A stretch of 59,714 nucleotides of DNA, filler included, from Bipalium vagum (Eukaryota): the NCBI GenBank assembly GCA_037834085.1. It is 3 parts of 3 records of this genome, joined end to end, with 100 filler letters (N's around TTAATTAATTAA, not from the genome) between each part and the next. Parts side by side here need not be neighbours in the genome. Positions count along the whole stretch, not along the records: positions 41,497 to 59,714 come from JBBMKC010035903.1; 2 more parts are not named here. One strand, given 5' to 3'. Under the pieces are notes generated by a model. That model saw nothing but the letters and a program-made list of their open reading frames with translations, was not told the origin of the DNA and made no database searches. Positions within the stretch are counted from its first letter, which is position 1. Each line of letters starts with the position of its first letter. A program made the position numbers and the translations under genes. This document shows, piece by piece, positions 41,397 to 53,900 of this stretch.

Positions 41397-41496
41397 NNNN
41401 NNNNNNNNNNNNNNNNNNNNNNNNNNNNNNNNNNNNNNNNTTAATTAATTAANNNNNNNNNNNNNNNNNNNNNNNNNNNNNNNNNNNNNNNNNNNN
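41397..41496. other. Artificial contig spacer (44N-TTAATTAATTAA-44N)
   Basis: Identical to the spacer at 16001-16100. Confidence 0.95.
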
Positions 41497-41818
41497 TTAA
41501 ACAATGCAGAAAATTACTTTTCTAATTTAAAATGTAAGATTTGTAACAATTATTATCTTCCTGATTTAAGTGGCGCACCCCGTACATTTTGTTTGAAACA
41601 AAAAAAACCTTTTGTTATCATTATTCGCTGACTGCATGCAAGTGTTTGAAAATAAAACATAAACTTTTGAAATCGACAAACCTTCTGATAAGTTTAACTC
41701 ATTTTTAGAAAAAATTAATTTTAAAATATTTATTTGCCTTCAAAAGAAGTAAAAATGAGAGAAGCAAAAGTATTTTTTATTTGACAAGTTGATTTTTTTT
41801 AAACATTAAATAACATAC

Positions 41819-44800
41819 CCAATACAATTAGATCCTTTGGTGCTTTGACTGATTCACAGGCAATTTTATCTATCTGTGTAATCAGCTCACGAATTATTTT
41901 CTGATGAGCTATTATCAAATCATTTTGTCGTGATGAGTCCTGAAAGGCCAGAACAGTTTGTTCTGCAAATGAACTATAAATTGTTACAATCGGTAGAATT
42001 CCGCAGCGTGATCGTCGAGGTATTTTGCAATCTCGGAAGGAAAGAATGAATTTGTCCTAATATTTGAGAATTAAAAATAGGCAGTTATACGTGTTTGAGT
42101 TTAAAAAAGAACCGTCACTTGAACTCACAATGTATGAATTAAAGGACCGTTTGGTTTGAGTGAAGAGTGCAGCCCAGGAGAGTTGCAGAAATTCGCTGGA
42201 CCGAACCAAATCATCGAATTGCCGATTAACAATTACTACCATGAGAAGACTTTGACTAGAATCGTGCTGTTCGAGCACTTGAATTAGGGTTTTCAAGTGA
42301 TTACATAATGTATAAAACACTTGATTGGATACAGTGATGAGATAGACATGAGGTTCCATTGGAGGCACACTATTGCTATCAGTATGCTTTCTCTTAAAAT
42401 TAAACCAATGATGAAAATGGGATTGTTCCATATTTAAGTTGTTACTTCAGAAGATCGTCTGCAGTCTAACCTGAAAAGACGAGTCATAAACTCTTCCTCT
42501 TCCAGCACAAGTAACTTTAATTTCGAAAGGAGATCCTCAAAAATCTGGAAAAGGATTTCTAGTAAATAATGAAAAATAGATTTTTTTATTATCAAGATTT
42601 TCTTTGATTCAGTATAAATTAAGTGTTTTCATTTCTTTCAAAGACTTCCAAACGTTGAGTAAGTGACAAGAATATTTTCTTTTATTTTCATAATTTAAAT
42701 ATACTAAATATTAAAATATTTCAGATATCAGAAATAATATTTTTTATCCTTTCTAAGATATTTATATAAAATTTAATAACATACAAAGAGTATTGTAAAC
42801 CACTAAAAAGAGTTTCAAAAAAACTTAAATTTGTCAATGATAAACAGTGTTTTAAAAAACAGTGAGTGATTTAAAAAAACCAATAAAATCACAAGAAAAT
42901 TTTAAAATCCAACGAAAAAAGTATAATGGTTGATTTTTTTTACTGTTTTTAAAAATTCCCATAAAAATAAAATCAAGAACAATAGAAATACAAAATCCTG
43001 GTGCAAATTTTGACAATCGATTCACAAATTCTTCACATTCGAGGCATGCATCATTAAAACGCGTTTCAGGAATGTGAATCATTCAGCCATAACACATGCA
43101 GAGAATTTTGCATAAAGAATTTTCACTCATCACAATAAAAAAGTAATAATAAAAATATTATTAAAGTCTACTCTCTTTACTTACAATCAACCCTGTTTGG
43201 CCCTGAAATCAAAGAAATCTAATTAAAAACCAATCAAAATTTTCCAGGACGCTATTAGGAAATAATAATAACACATAAAACAACCCTCAACAATACCAAC
43301 TGATAACATAAAAAAGTACTTACAATGTTAAACATCCCAGATTCCGACATCCGACCCGATTCACTGATTGTGCTGGATGTTTCGGAAGCATTTTTCGTGC
43401 GCAACTTGTCCGAAAATTTTAAATTGACCGACGAGCTTGATTTTAATGACATAGACACTGAAAATATCGTAAATCAATAAAAATATATTCAAGAAAATTT
43501 ATCGCACCATTTTTGTCTTTAGACATCAGTTTTGCTCGAATGGAGTCGGTTATGACTGTGACTTCATGATCGTAGACACTCGCCATTTTTTCAATATAGA
43601 GCTGAATATCAATTGGTAAAGATAAAAAAAACATAAATATGAAGATTTGAGGATTGGTTTTCTGCCATAAAAACTCGATACCTTTACAAAATTAGATCTA
43701 ATATGACTACTAATGATTAGAGGGGAAAATCATGGTGATTCACTTTTGTTTAAAGCTTGTGCTGCCTATGAAAAAATTCTCTTAATTATAAATTCAAATA
43801 ATAACTTTTATATCAATATCCATTGTTTGACGAAAGGTATTTTATTGATATTCGAATTCTTTCAACATTTTAGGACTACCAAAATACATGCACGTTGATC
43901 GATAATTGAAGTTACAAAAATATCTTCTTGTCTTTTAAATATGGACACTAAATTTTTTTGAGTAAAGGTTTCTTTTGATAATCAAATGTCACTCTCGATC
44001 ATCAGCTTTATTCAAAAGACATTTCCGAATCTCTAGAGATATATATACAAACCAGGGTTGAAATAAACTGAAGACGAAATACTTAATCGTTATTGTTATT
44101 ACACTTACTTGATGAATAAATGCAAGATTATTTTGACAAAAAGAAATATTAAATATCTTATACACCTTCAGTCATCAGTAGAGATTTATTGACAAGAACG
44201 TTTGTACACGTTTTTTGTGTCGGAATAATGCAGTGTTTGAAAATTATAGAAATATTATACATGAATAATATTAGGAGTACCCATAAGTAATCAATTATTT
44301 AAGTGGCAAAACAAAAAAAAATTTAAATACATTTCTATTTTTAATCGATTATATAATTTCCATCGTTGTCTAGGACCTTTTGCCATCTTGTTGGTAGTTT
44401 CAATTCCCCGGCCATAAAATTTTGTATCCTTTGAAAAGAAATATAACTCTACGTGAGTTCGAACATCAAATGCATTTTTGAAATTTTGATTCTTTAGGGA
44501 AGGTTCCATGGATCGGAATAAATGAAAATCCGATGGCGCTGTCTGGAAAATATGGAGGATGTGGTAAAACTTCCTAATCTAGCTACCTTATTTTTTCCTG
44601 CGTTAATTTTGCTGCATGTCTTCCATTATCATGATGCAATACTACCCCTTTTCTGTTAGCCAAACCTGGTCGCCTTTGACCTTTATTCATCTCCGAAAAT
44701 AGATGTGGTCCCGATATACCCAGCCATTAAACCTTCCATATTTCTTTAATATGTCTTTGAACTGTTGAACAAGTAGCTTGAAGAGTTTTTGCTATTTCCT

Positions 44801-47794
44801 GGATACTCATTTTGGGATTCGTTTCCACCAGTGTTTTTAGAGTGTCTTTATCAAACCCTGTAGGGCGTCCAGTTCGAGCCAAGTCAAAATCACCATTTGA
44901 AAATTTTCGAAACCGATTTTGACAATTATTGACCTTTAATACGCCTCCATACACATCACAAATCTTCTTTGTTTCAATGGTTGCATTAACACCTAATCGA
45001 AAATGAAACAGTATGGTTGATTCTCCACCATTTTATATTAGAATAATAAAAACGTTGAATTTAATTATGATCAATATTCAAGGTCAATGATTGTAATTTA
45101 ACGTAATAAAACACGTGTTTATATATTCAGGGCCTGAGCTAGAAAATAATTGATTACTTATGGGTACTATGAAAAAAAGTGAATTATTGAATATTATATA
45201 TATGTGCAAAAAATCACAGAAAATCGATAAAAACACTTGCAAAATAGAACAAGAATTGGTGAATTTAAAAAAAATCAACCAACTTTCTGAAGTTCACAAA
45301 ATGTTTTAAGTCGATTGATTTTCAACCAGGCCATAAAATCACAAGTTGGAATCAGTTCTTTTCTATTGAATCGATGCGCATCAAGAATCTTGTCCGAATT
45401 GCCTGTGGATAGTCCCATCAATTTTTGCAGTTGTCGGGTTAGAGTATTGTTAAATTGCGTTGCAAATTTTCTTGTAAAGTCATCGGCAGCTCTGTTGAGT
45501 TCCACAGTCTTCTCTTTGACGGCACACAAGTGCTCGAGACCTGTGTGTTTATCAAAACAAATGGAAATGAATACTATCAATCTATACCTTCAATTTTCGG
45601 AGCTTCCAGTACATATTGTAATTTTTCTGTCGCCTCTTTAGCCAGTATAACGGACTCCGTTTTTGATAGATCAAAATTTTGAAGAGCATTGTAATATCTA
45701 TTGTCAAAAGTGATGTGACATAAGAGTTCTTCTAGTGTCTTTTGCATCTCATCACGATTATGAGCGGTTAATCGAATAACTTCGTCCCGATCTCGAAGAC
45801 TTAACATTGACTCTTCAACTTCCTAAAATCAATCACGTTAAAGAAAACAACTAATTTTCCTGTTTCATCAAAGCGCAAATTTTGAAGAGATTTAATTTAT
45901 TCGTACTTTTTTATAAATAAACATAACTTTTAGGAAAAAAGTATACGAAGAACTTAACAGCGAAACCTAAATACTTCTACCGTCAACTAATCAAAACCAT
46001 ATTAAAAAATTGAAGCTATAAAACGATTGATCGGGAATTTTCTTCTGTAATTATTTTTTAAAAATATTAATGGTTTCTTTCATCATATTTTTAATTTTTA
46101 AATCAATTTTTCCTTCATATACAAAAATGTTTTTTTCTACTTCTAAAATACTCTTCGTCTCTAAGACATTTTCTATTTTCATGTAACTCATAAAAAATGG
46201 TTCCTTTTCATCAGATAAAGGCAGTTCTAACTCAAGAACATTTTCATCTCAATTTACTACTAAAATCAATTTTATATTCTATATACAAAAAGTCAATTAT
46301 TTACATAATTTTTAAGGTTTTCAGAGATCGATTTTATTTTGACTGATCAATATTTTCAGTATTTATTCAAAATTAATTGTTTAACATTTAACTTATTAAA
46401 CTAGTCTATTAGGTTAAATCGAAATTCATAATATCGATTATCTCAGACCAAGAACACAACCATCAGAGAAAAAGGAATAATCAATAAGTCTCTTGAAGGT
46501 TAACTGGAAAATATCCAAATTAAAGTATCACAATTACTTGAAATCTTATTTTATTTATTTTCTTGTCTATCCAACCGAATAATATAAATTGATTTCCAAA
46601 GAAATTTACTTTAAATACACTTGACAGTAATCTGAGAAAATGTATCGGTAAATATTACCTGACAAATTAATATAAATATAGAACTAATGAACTACTTGAT
46701 TTTAAATTACAACTATTATTACTATTTTAAATATAAAGTTATAATAATAATAAAATATATTATATCGATTTCCATTTAAATACTCAGAATATTTAAAAAT
46801 ATTACGCTACAATCAATATTCATAGAATAAAATATTTTTGTTATTATTTTTCTTTCACTTAAAATAATTGTTTAAAATCGATTAACCTAATTTTCCTTAC
46901 CGCCAGAAATTTATCTTGAACATCAATTTTACTTTCCAACAATTCTACTTGTTCAATGGCTTGATCTAGACATTCCATCAACTTGAGCATCTGATCCTCT
47001 GATGACATTATCGAATGGACATTTGTACCTTCCATAGCCAGTAAATGCTGCTTTAAGGTTTCTTGAAACTCGATGGCATTAATAACGGCTTCTGAAGACT
47101 CGTTCAGGAATTTTTGCATATTTTCTTCTTCAACAGCGCTAAGATTCTGATATCGCTTATAATCGGTGACATCAATCAACGCGGGATCTTGTTCTGTCTT
47201 TTCAACATCATAATCTATAATTTGTTACAGAGCATTAATGATATATATTAGAAATAATCATCATAGAGAAATTCTTGTTAAGTAGTAAAGATTTTAACCT
47301 GTTATTCCTTCACTTGATATTTTATCGAGATTAATACTGATCGGAAGATTATTAAATTTTATTGTTTTGAACAAATCCATGTCATGAATATACATAACAC
47401 GCATTAATCGCTCTATAAATCTATGCTTATCTTCTATAAGATTAGCAAATATTCGTTTCGCCTTCCCATCTGTACATATCAATTCGATATCATAACAAGG
47501 CTGGTCAGGATGATCATGACAGTCAACAGCACTGATATTTTTAGCATTGGCAACCAATTTTCTTTTAATTTCACTTCTTTCAGATCCTTTAACGATGTAA
47601 ATGTTTATTGAATTAGGTTTATTTAAAGACACTATAATAATATTAAAAATATATTATATAAGTAACATAATACAAGTTAAACACAAAAAAGCTCTTTTCT
47701 TTTTATTTGTTTCCGTGAATACATCTATGTGACATTCTAATTTTTCTGAATTGTTTTCAAAATATTTCTGTAATTCATTAAGAAGAATTTCCAT
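41819..47794 (-). CDS. EXOC1: Exocyst complex component 1 (Sec3), divergent, 3'-partial, 10 exons seen
   Basis: GT-AG exons 47794-47674 (ATG; KKKRAFLCLT), 47631-47299, 47214-46901 (AMEGTNVHSIMSSEDQ..LMECLDQAI), 45822-45588, 45540-45284, 43601-43508, 43457-43324, 42544-42446 (IFEDLLSKL..EEEFMTRLF), 42392-42129 (TKRSFNSYI), 42056-41819 (RCGILP...KIACESVKAPKD). Order and motifs parallel animal EXOC1. The gene runs off the contig. Confidence 0.85.
44271..45172 (-). mobile_element. Internally deleted mariner in EXOC1 intron
   Basis: TIRs TTAGGAGTACCCATAAGTAATCAATTATTT / AAATAATTGATTACTTATGGGTACT. HTH ORF 44727-44954 (FRKFSNGDFDL..RTGRP) joined to C-terminal LHHDN, HPPYFPD..APSDFHLFRSM. Confidence 0.88.
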
Positions 47795-47984
47795 ATAAGA
47801 ATGACTTTATATTAATTAAAAACTAATGGAAGTAATTTTAAAAAATTAACAGTCCAATCTCATTATTAAAACAATTTATATACTAAGGAATAATAAACAT
47901 GTTCTTAATACCTCAATATTTTAGATTTTGTTAATTGATGATAATAAAATGAAATTTAACAAAATGTTAAAGATAAAAATTTGA

Positions 47985-48237
47985 ATAATTTAGAAAGTAT
48001 TATATAAAATGCTTTCGATAAAATATTTGAAGATTCTAATAGGAAACCAGAAAAATTATGAGTTGATAAAAGAACAGAATTTTATAATAAAACATTTGAA
48101 AATTTTTGTGATGATAATGAGATTGAAATTTACTTCACAGAGAATGAAGAAAAGGTAGTTGTCATTGAAAGATTTAAAAGAACTCTAAAAATTTTAATGT
48201 TTAAAAAATTTACAGAACAAGGAAACAAAAATTTGTT
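47985..48237 (+). mobile_element. Maverick/Polinton-type (rve) integrase relic
   Basis: Manual translation NAFDKIFEDSNRKPEKL*VDKRTEFYNKTFENFCDDNEIEIYFTENEEKVVVIERFKRTLKILMFKKFTEQGNK. D-to-E spacing is 33. One TGA sits where Trp is expected. Confidence 0.8.
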
Positions 48238-48660
48238 GGGTTTACCCAAGACACTCCCCGGGGAAAAATAAGCAAGAAAAACCTTAAAAACAGTAAAAAT
48301 ATGGATAATAATATTAATAATTAAAATTAATTAATACTTGAAAAGCAATTTAAAATTCCCAGGAATTTTTATTTTGGAAATACTTAGGAAATAAAAACAA
48401 TCCTCCAAAAATAATTTTTATTTTTAAAGTAGTCTAAAAGAGGTATTTTATAAATAATAATAATCATCATAAAATAATTGTTAGGGAATTGTTAGACAGT
48501 TTTAGAATTTTAATAAAATATTTAGAATTTTAAGTACGATTTCGAGAATATCTTAAGAATATTTCCCTGATGAAGATCAGTCCTAAAAACAGTATATAAG
48601 CAAAGGGATTCCAGTATATTTTCACCTCTCAGAGAACATACAAAATAGTTTAAAGATTCT

Positions 48661-48720
48661 ATTTTACGACAGATATGGAGAAGACAGATTTCATTTTACG
48701 ACAGATACGGAGAAGACAGA
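48661..48720. repeat. Two-copy 32-bp-period direct repeat
   Basis: ATTTTACGACAGATA(T/C)GGAGAAGACAGA twice. Confidence 0.85.
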
Positions 48721-49949
48721 TACTATTAGGAAAGGACAGATACTGAATTTGAAGATTTATATTGAAATTTACGGATACAAGACCCGTGCCCAAATCAAGT
48801 ATTATTATTCTTCATTCCATAATCGGACTATGCTTAAAATTCCCCATCAGCGGGTTATTGGTGAGCAACCGTTCGGGCTCAGACAATAACTCGGACGTTT
48901 TAACCGAAGAAAAACCGTAAAATCTTCCTATTTTACCTTCTTTTGTAAAAGTATTATTTTGTTTTAATCGAATTTTAAAATTTTATTAACCGTTGACTAT
49001 ATTTAATTATTAGTATTTGATTTAACACTACATTTGATTCATTTTGACTATATTTGATTATTATTGATAGTAATGGATTAAATATTTAATTCATTATTTA
49101 TTGTTGTGTGGTGATTAGATAGTTTGAGGTTTTTGTAACATTTCGGACATTAATTGTGATCCCAGACTCTTGCTTATCTTTTTGTATTTCCGTGTATTTT
49201 GTGATTTTGTGGTATAAATACAATTATTGTTTTACTGATTGTTATTTTTTTTGCGCCACCTAAGAGTTGGCGTCACGTCTAAATATGATACCCTAAATAG
49301 TGCACACTTTGCAAAATGAAATTTTTTACTTATCAAACGACCAACAACAAACAACTGATACAAATGGTGACTACTTTAGGGAATAAATGTTTGTTTTTGT
49401 TCAAAATGTAGTTCTACTTTCATATCATATGTTTTTAATTAATTAAATTCGACTATTTAAATATTTTCGTTTACTGATAACAGTAAAATAAAAAAATATC
49501 AATATTCTGTTTTCGCTACAACAAATGCCACTCAGTTTTTAATTTCAGCTGTTTTATACATTATAATAAATGTTAATATAAATGAAACATTTTTATTAAT
49601 AATTACTATTAATAAATATAAATTAAAATAATAATATTACCAGAAATATATTCAATACTTTGGCGAATACAAAATGCAAAGGAATTTGAAGAAGAAACAT
49701 TAGCCATCCAACAAATACTGCGAAACCTATTTCAATATAAATGAATCCCAAACAGAGAATGATTTGAAATAGACTTGAAAGTATACTCCAAATCAAACCT
49801 TAACATAATTTAATAAGTAAATTTAACTGGATTAAAAATATTGATATTAAATTGCAAAAAAATTAAAACTTTGAACTGTTCATAAATAGATACTGGCTAT
49901 TTATTAAAATATTTATTTACTATGTCTGGCTTTAATTTATTCATTTATT

Positions 49950-50200
49950 CAGAACATTGAAGTTACAATGCTTCAAAAGAACTCAACTACTTATCTTCAG
50001 CCTTGGGTGCCGGTATTATAAAAAAACTATAGAATTATTACAGAAAAAGTTGCTAGTTGATTACATAAATTCACTTGATCAAACGAAAGCCTTTGTTGTT
50101 AATATTAAGAAAGCCATTTTGATACCCCATGAAACTTGGGAAGATGTGAAAGAAGAAACCATAAAAAATTATTTCTAAAAGGTTGCGATTGTCATTAGAT
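49950..50200 (+). mobile_element. pogo/Tigger (DDE_1) transposase fragment
   Basis: KNSTTYLQP..AGII followed by ..NIKKAI..WEDVKEETIKNYF, the C-terminal DDE_1 pattern, with frameshifts. Confidence 0.7.
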
Positions 50201-50916
50201 CTCCTTCTTTAGACTCACAAGGATGAGCTTGACCAAATAATGATTGAAGAGGATGTGATTCAAACAAAAGTAGTTTCGCGCAAGAAACATAATATATATT
50301 AATTATCTCTAATTGTTTTAATAGTTGCGTATTGTTAAATATTTTAAAATGTCAAACCAAGGCCTTCATCAACATTCTATTGATCCTTCTGTCAATGACG
50401 AGAGTCTATTCAAAACCCCTGGTGGTCATGGGAATTTGTACAATTTCTACATAGAAGAAAGTGAAGCCAATAGATATTATTTGCAACGATTTCTCTCTTC
50501 AATTCTATTGGTCATCATTTATATAAAATCAAAATATACAAAATTCGATTATTTGCATGTGATCTGTATACAGATCCCTCGTAAAAATCTATCTGATTTG
50601 TATAGATAAATATTTTTAATTCAGTCAGCTTTCTTAGAAAATAGTCAGAACTGTTTCCTGTGAAACGGAAATGAGTGGGGAAAATGCAAAAATAAGAATA
50701 TGATTAGCAAGAAATCTTGAACAAGATTTTAATAAAGAGAGGACACATAACAGCCCGAAATTATCAATTAAACTATAAATAACAAAATAGTGTCATATGA
50801 AATTGATTTAGAAAAATTTTTATAAGTGAACTTTTCAGTGATACTTATTAATTAAACATTTTAAACAAACAATGTTATAAAATTTTATAATTTCTTTTAA
50901 AAAATAAAAAAGTCAC

Positions 50917-53900
50917 TGGTGCACTGAAGAATTTGTTCAACGTCTACACTGCACAGATTGGCAATGTCTCCGCCATCGTTTTCTCTTCTAGCACGAATAC
51001 TTAATTTGAAGACCTAAAATAATAAATATATAAAATATCTATTAAAAAATTAATTAAGTTAGTCATATTAGGTCTAAATATTGCAAAGGTTCCCATTTTT
51101 ATAATCATAGATATCGAAAGATTGATATTTCTACAACATATAATTACAATTTCTTCTGTAAAAAAATCTTTATTGATGTCGATGCATTTCAACCTTTTTC
51201 AGGAAGTTGGCGAATATCTGAACTCCTCTTCTAAAGATGTTACATGGTCAACTGTTGTCTTTGACGTGTGTAGTTGATATTTTTTGCGTTTTGATTTATC
51301 GATGTATTTATAGAATATTAAAACAAGAAATTTTTTACATGATTAAATAATTACTTTTAATTTAATATTTACCTATCCAGCGAAAAACGCGATTAATTAG
51401 TGAGTTTGGAGCCATTTATTAAATGGGCACATTTACTAACTATAGACCTGATAATATTTTTTTATTTAAATAAATATATAAAATTACATATTTGGTCAAT
51501 TTCTTCACTTGTTTTCACAAATAAATGAATGTTTTCAAAATAAATGAAATTTTTATTATTAAATATATGTAATGTTTATCATATTTTCTTCTGTATATAT
51601 CTCTATATCAATGTTGAGACAATGATCTTCACACTGAACAGATTTGATAGTGTATTGCAAAATTAATAAATTTTATTTATATTTTAAATAGGTAAAAAGG
51701 TTTGTTTAAGAACATTTAGAAAATATTTTGAGATTTTATTTTTAATAAATCTTTTACCTTCTTGTATATCATTCCAAACAACGCAGCTCGTACTCTTAAG
51801 GCAATTTTAAGACCAATTATAAAAGAACAGTTTTCAGAAATTGTAGCTGCGATGCATTGAAAGAGAAAAAGAAATCCAAAAAATACTCCTATCCATGTTT
51901 CTTGATTTTCGGATTTCTTAAAAAACTTCAGCAGACCCCTGAAGAAAACAATGAACCAAATTCTCGTGAAACCTATTAGTTGCAATACTTGAGAAAAAGC
52001 GGTAAGGTCAAATAAAGAATATCTCGAAGCAATTTGACCACATTCAACACAATAAATAAATATAGATTATGTTTTGCTAAAGATTTTAACAAAATCAATC
52101 CGGAATTTGTGGAATGATCACCGTTAGACGCTTCATCTGGTGGTTCATGAATTCTACAACCAACCTTAAAATATATTTGATAAATATCAATATTGACTTT
52201 GGTTTAGGGGTTTTGCGTCTTGTTTCAAAAAATATTTTTTCAACTTCTTCAGTGAGTAATTGGCTTTCCTGATCTGGTGAAAGGTCAAAGACTGTCTCAT
52301 TGGTTATTTCTTCCTTAAACCATTGGAAAATATATCTGACATATTATCAATGTTTTCCTAAAAGAAAATTTACTTCTTACCTGTCCATCCACGCAACGGT
52401 AATTTTCGAAAAAATTGAACAATGTTGTTCTGGATTATTATTCTAAAAAAAGATTTATAAATATTTGCAAGACTTGATATGGACAAAGCACTAAAAATCA
52501 GTTAATTTTTATTTATTTAATATATTTAAGGGATTAAAAATCGAACTAACTAACTAACGCGTAAAAATTTGTAACGCGTAACATCCCCTAACCATCAGAA
52601 AATGCAGCAATCAAATCAAAATAGATCCGATTATGGAAAAATTTTAAAAATTGTTTCTATTTCAGTTGAACCTAATTTTAAAGAAGTATTAGAAAATAAA
52701 TATGGAAAGAAGTTATTTTTTAAGGTTATATTTTCATCAGCTTTTATATCTTGAATTTGAATTTCTAAAACTAAAGTTGATTCTAATCTAAAGCATTCAC
52801 CGATTGTAATAAAGAAAAGTTAGAATCCATCAGTATTTAATTTTGTTGCAATTGCTGTATTTAGAGAAATTTCTCGATTGTTACATTTTTTATTTCTTAA
52901 TTCTTGATGATAGTAACTATTATCTAGATTTAGTTTAGACATTTTTAATAGAAAAAATTTGAGGAATAAATTTAAAAACAAATTAAAATGCAGAGTATTT
53001 TAATGAGTATTTTAAAAGGAGACCATTTATGTTTCCTTCCACCATTTATTTAATTTACAAAGGTGAATTTTAGCAGTTTGACCTAGTGTTTAATTTTCTG
53101 ATGATGCAAGTTTCTAAAAACAATTATATAAATAATAAAAAATTCCGGTTGAGCGACAATCACTATTATTAATAAATGTTATAAAACAGAAATGAATATT
53201 TGAAAAATTATTAATCATTCATTACTAAAAGAATCGATTATCATCGATAAATTTAAATTCTTTTTCATAACACGTTGGGATGAGTAGCACTCAGCGTTAT
53301 ATGATTGTGATGAATATCATTCGTCTTTATTTGATTCGGTACCTGAGAAAATTTTTTTTGTTCCCTTATATCTGGGTAATTGTTATGTGTTGTCATCAAG
53401 TTAATGCAATTGTGGTTAGTTTTGACTAAAGATTACACAATCTTTAGACCACACCAATAATTGTTCCGACAGTTAATGTTTAAAATTCTCTACTATCTAT
53501 AATGATTTTTAGATCTTCTTGAATTGATGTAAAAGAAACGAACATGAATTTTGTAAATACGTGCTTAGAAAACTGAAAATTATGAAACGTTTTTCTGGGA
53601 ATCTGATCTTAACTATTAACATCTTCAGTATCAGTCTATAATAAATTAACACATCGTTCCTTTTCTTTAATGTATTGTCAACAATTTTCTCACTACCTGG
53701 ACTGAGATCGGTTTCCAAATTAAATCTCGTGATCACACCGGATATTGACATTAAAATTTTCTGAGATATTTTAGTTTTACCAATAAATCGTTAGTGCTCA
53801 CTTGTTTCAAGTTCTCTATATATTCGGCAAGTAAACGTTTTGAATAACAAACGTGAATAGACTTTTTAAAATCGACTTTAACATCGTCTTCTTCGTTAAA

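Noticed and set aside
48059-48061. TGA at a Trp position suggesting an alternative genetic code
   Set aside because: Occurs only in decayed elements. Host exons use TGG for Trp and I saw no in-frame stops in them.
49630-49860. Possible second integrase-like scrap (KPIS..IDL..NWI)
   Set aside because: Too frameshifted and short to support.
50325-50775. Continuation exons of the ABCC gene
   Set aside because: No frame yields the expected W..P.Q TMD1 sequence, and stops are present.
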